Shown here: positions 61,601-64,000 of the stretch, in pieces
Layout of the letters: each line of letters begins with the position of its first letter
Numbering within the stretch: position 1 is the first letter of the stretch
Assembly (NCBI GenBank): GCA_013239625.1
Contig: MU054323.1
Coordinates: forward strand, 20,543,082 to 20,607,081
Length of the DNA stretch: 64,000 nt
Origin: Lama guanicoe
Taxonomy: Eukaryota
Direction: 5' to 3'
Program-made: the position numbers and the translations under genes
Notes under the pieces: model-generated
What the model was told of the DNA's origin: nothing
Seen by the model: the letters and a program-made list of their open reading frames with translations, nothing else
The model's database searches: none

Positions 61601-63074
61601 AGGATGCTGTTGGGGCAGTTCAAAGGGCTGGCTTTTCTCTCTGCCCAGCCCCACCCACTTCCCTCACTGCCTCCCTGGCAGGCTAGGCTTGGGCTGCCTC
61701 CCATCACGGACTGAGGTCCAACTCCAGTGGCCTGAGCTGAGCCTCTCTCTGCGGCCTCTCAGCCTCACCCCTCTGCTGTCCGTCTCCAGTGGTGGGGAGG
61801 GGGCAGAGTAGGACAGTGTGCAGAGAGGAACTGAACACTGAACCCCTCCCTTCTCCTCCCACCTGGCCGCAAGGGTTGGGGGGAAGCATCCTCCATGTGC
61901 CAATGACCACACTGGGTCAGCACTGGGACAGTGACAAGGGGAGAGGAGGAGACTGGGAATGCTGGGCTACAGAGGAGAAGGACTAGCTTAGGCTCCCAGG
62001 AGGCTGCCCAGGGGGCCAGGGGCAGAGGAAAGAGTTGGTGAATCTCTGAGGGAGCTGGGTCCCAGGGCAGGGTGGCTGGACAGAGAGGTGGCCAGCAGCC
62101 AGCAGGGCAGCACAGTCTGAGCCTGGGAACCCCGAGGCCCATCACAGGGGCCCAGAGGCACCTGGGCCTGCACAAGACAGAACTGAGGGAGCAAATGCCC
62201 TAGCCAGCTGAGGGCTGGACTTGGGGACTGTACCCCAAGGATATAGCTCTGCCCACACCTGAACAAGGGGAGAGGCAGTAAGTACGAGGCGGGGGCAGGA
62301 AGGTGTCTCTGAAACCTGATCCAGACAGCATTTCCTGGGAGGTAAACTAAGGTCCATATGCAGCAAGAAACTAGGCCAAGTGCCTTGAGGCTAAAGGCCA
62401 AGAGCTGAGGGTCCTAATTTACTTGCCCTGGTAGCTTCTGGCAAGAGCCCTTCACTGCCTTCTCTTCCAGGATACAACAGGCTGCAGTGCCGAGAAGGAG
62501 AAGACTGAGGCGGGGGTGATGTCAACCAAGGAATTAAGTAAGCAGAGGAGCTGATAACATCGCACAGCAAGGCTCGCTGTGGGCAAGGTGACTCATCGAA
62601 GCCGGGCCCCAGCATCACAGGCTGATTGTTGTTGTGCCAGCCTGTGGGGCCGAGGAGGAGGTAGGGGGCCGCGGCAGGTTTCTCACTGAGCCCTCTGCTC
62701 AGTGGAGACGTCGTAGAACACAGTGTCCTCCGCCTCCAGAGCCCTCCGCTGGCTCAGAAACAGCCCTCCCTCCCGCTGCTGTGATTATCTCTGCCCACTG
62801 AGTAAAGTGTGTTTTCGTGGGGTGTGTCAGGGTGATTTCCCCACCCGCATCCCACTGGGCACTCCAGTTACCAGAGATAGCTAACAGCAGAACAGTTGCT
62901 CCCGCTGGTCGGACAACCGTCTGTGGTGACAACACCACCGGATGGCAAACTGCTAACCACGACCACGTGGTATCCTCGTGGAGGGAACAGCCTGTTCCTC
63001 CAGCTGCAGGCACCTGTGGAGCTGCCTCCACTCATCGCTGCCGAGGGGGCCAAAACGTTGGGTTCCTCCCCTTC

Positions 63075-63165
63075 CCCAGGGGCGCCGTGTACTGTTGTAC
63101 AAGTTGAGAACTGTACAACTGGCGGGGGCATCATTCACTTTACAGTGCCAGACCACATGGCCCCT
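63075..63165. mobile_element. MER91-like hAT-Tip100 fragment
   Basis: GGGCGCCGTGTACTGTTGTACAAGTTGAGAACTGTACAAC. Confidence 0.45.
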
Positions 63166-63295
63166 TCCCTTTCCTAAATTATGTCTCATTCCCCTCCTCC
63201 ACCTAGAATGATCTATTCAGCTTGCCCTTGGTAAGTCTGTCTTTATACCAGACTTTCCCTCATAAGTGTAAACGTCTTCCTTTACCACCTGACTC

Positions 63296-63625
63296 CTTTC
63301 ATTCAATCAGTCATTCATTCATTCCACAAAAAAATTGTTGAGCTTGTGCCAGGTACTATTCTAGGCAAGGGAACAAGACAGACCCACCCTGAGTCACTGA
63401 GCTCACATTCCAGTTGTGGGGGAGGGAGACACAATAAACAAATAATCTGATACATAAAACTGCAAGTGACAGGAAGTGCCGTAAAGAAAAATAAAGCTGG
63501 GCCAGGAGACAGAGGGTGCTAGGGCTTGCCTTCTGCCGGGACTGTCCCGAAAGGCTTCCCTTGGAGGGGGTAGCCCCTGAGTGGAGACCCGGAGGCCGTA
63601 AAGAAGGCACCTTCCCGGCAGAGCC
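63296..63625 (-). mobile_element. L2 3' end
   Basis: TCATTCATTC...TTGTTGAGCTTGTGCCAGGTACTATTCTAGGC...GAGCTCACATTCCAGT. Confidence 0.8.
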
Positions 63626-63829
63626 CCTCCTGCCAGGCAGCCAATGCCAAAAGAAAGTTCTCCAGTCCAGCCCGATTCTGCCAGGAGCCTGTGGCATGGC
63701 CTGGGGCGCTTGCTTCCAGCGCTGGGTGTCCATTTCCTCCTTGACAAACAAGAGGCCCAGTTGTGCTGGCTCCCTGCGGGCTCCTCCAGCACGAATCCAC
63801 CCACCCGGAGGCCTGAGGAACTTCACGAC

Positions 63830-64000
63830 ACAGGCCCGGGCTGGAAGTCCAGCTCAGCCACCTCCAAAATGTGTGACCTCAGGCAGGTTACTTAGCCTCT
63901 CTGAGCTGATTTCCGTATCTGTAAAATGCCTTCCTCTGGGTGTTGTGAAGGATTAAATGAGCTTGCGGATCTGAAACCACCTGGTATATAGTAGGTGCTT
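63830..64000 (+). mobile_element. MIR SINE
   Basis: TGTGTGACCTCAGGCAGGTTACTTAGCCTCTCTGAG...GTTGTGAAGGATTAAATGA. Confidence 0.85.

Noticed and set aside
1..64000. CRISPR array, operon, prophage or another novel multi-gene system
   Set aside because: The sequence is mammalian and repeat-rich, with no regularly spaced repeat-spacer array, no long ORFs and no gene cluster

Overview
This is mammalian, gene-poor, GC-rich DNA (intergenic, or inside a large intron). The host is most likely a camelid: there are three tRNA-Ala-like SINEs of the Vic-1 type and I recognised no Alu, B1, Bov-tA, PRE-1 or SINEC elements. I found no credible protein-coding exon, RNA gene or CRISPR array; the ORF track is explained by GC-rich chance ORFs and repeats. 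Recognisable content: (1) a 5'-truncated RPL23A processed pseudogene with poly(A) and a target-site duplication (TSD); (2) many old interspersed repeats (MIR, L2, L3/CR1, L1M, MaLR and ERVL LTRs including a two-LTR MaLR element, and hAT/Tigger DNA transposons); (3) two CpG-rich islands with no associated gene (~14.2-14.6 kb, ~37.4-38.2 kb) that share homeodomain and paired SOX-like motifs and are candidate developmental enhancers. The most unusual structures are a ~200-bp fold-back inside a hAT element, a MaLR internal region closed by an ERVL (MLT2-like) LTR within a near-matching 5-bp TSD, and a 74-nt foreign insertion in a young L1 tail. Nothing here supports a novel biological system. Repeat subfamily names come from recalled consensus sequences and boundaries are approximate.
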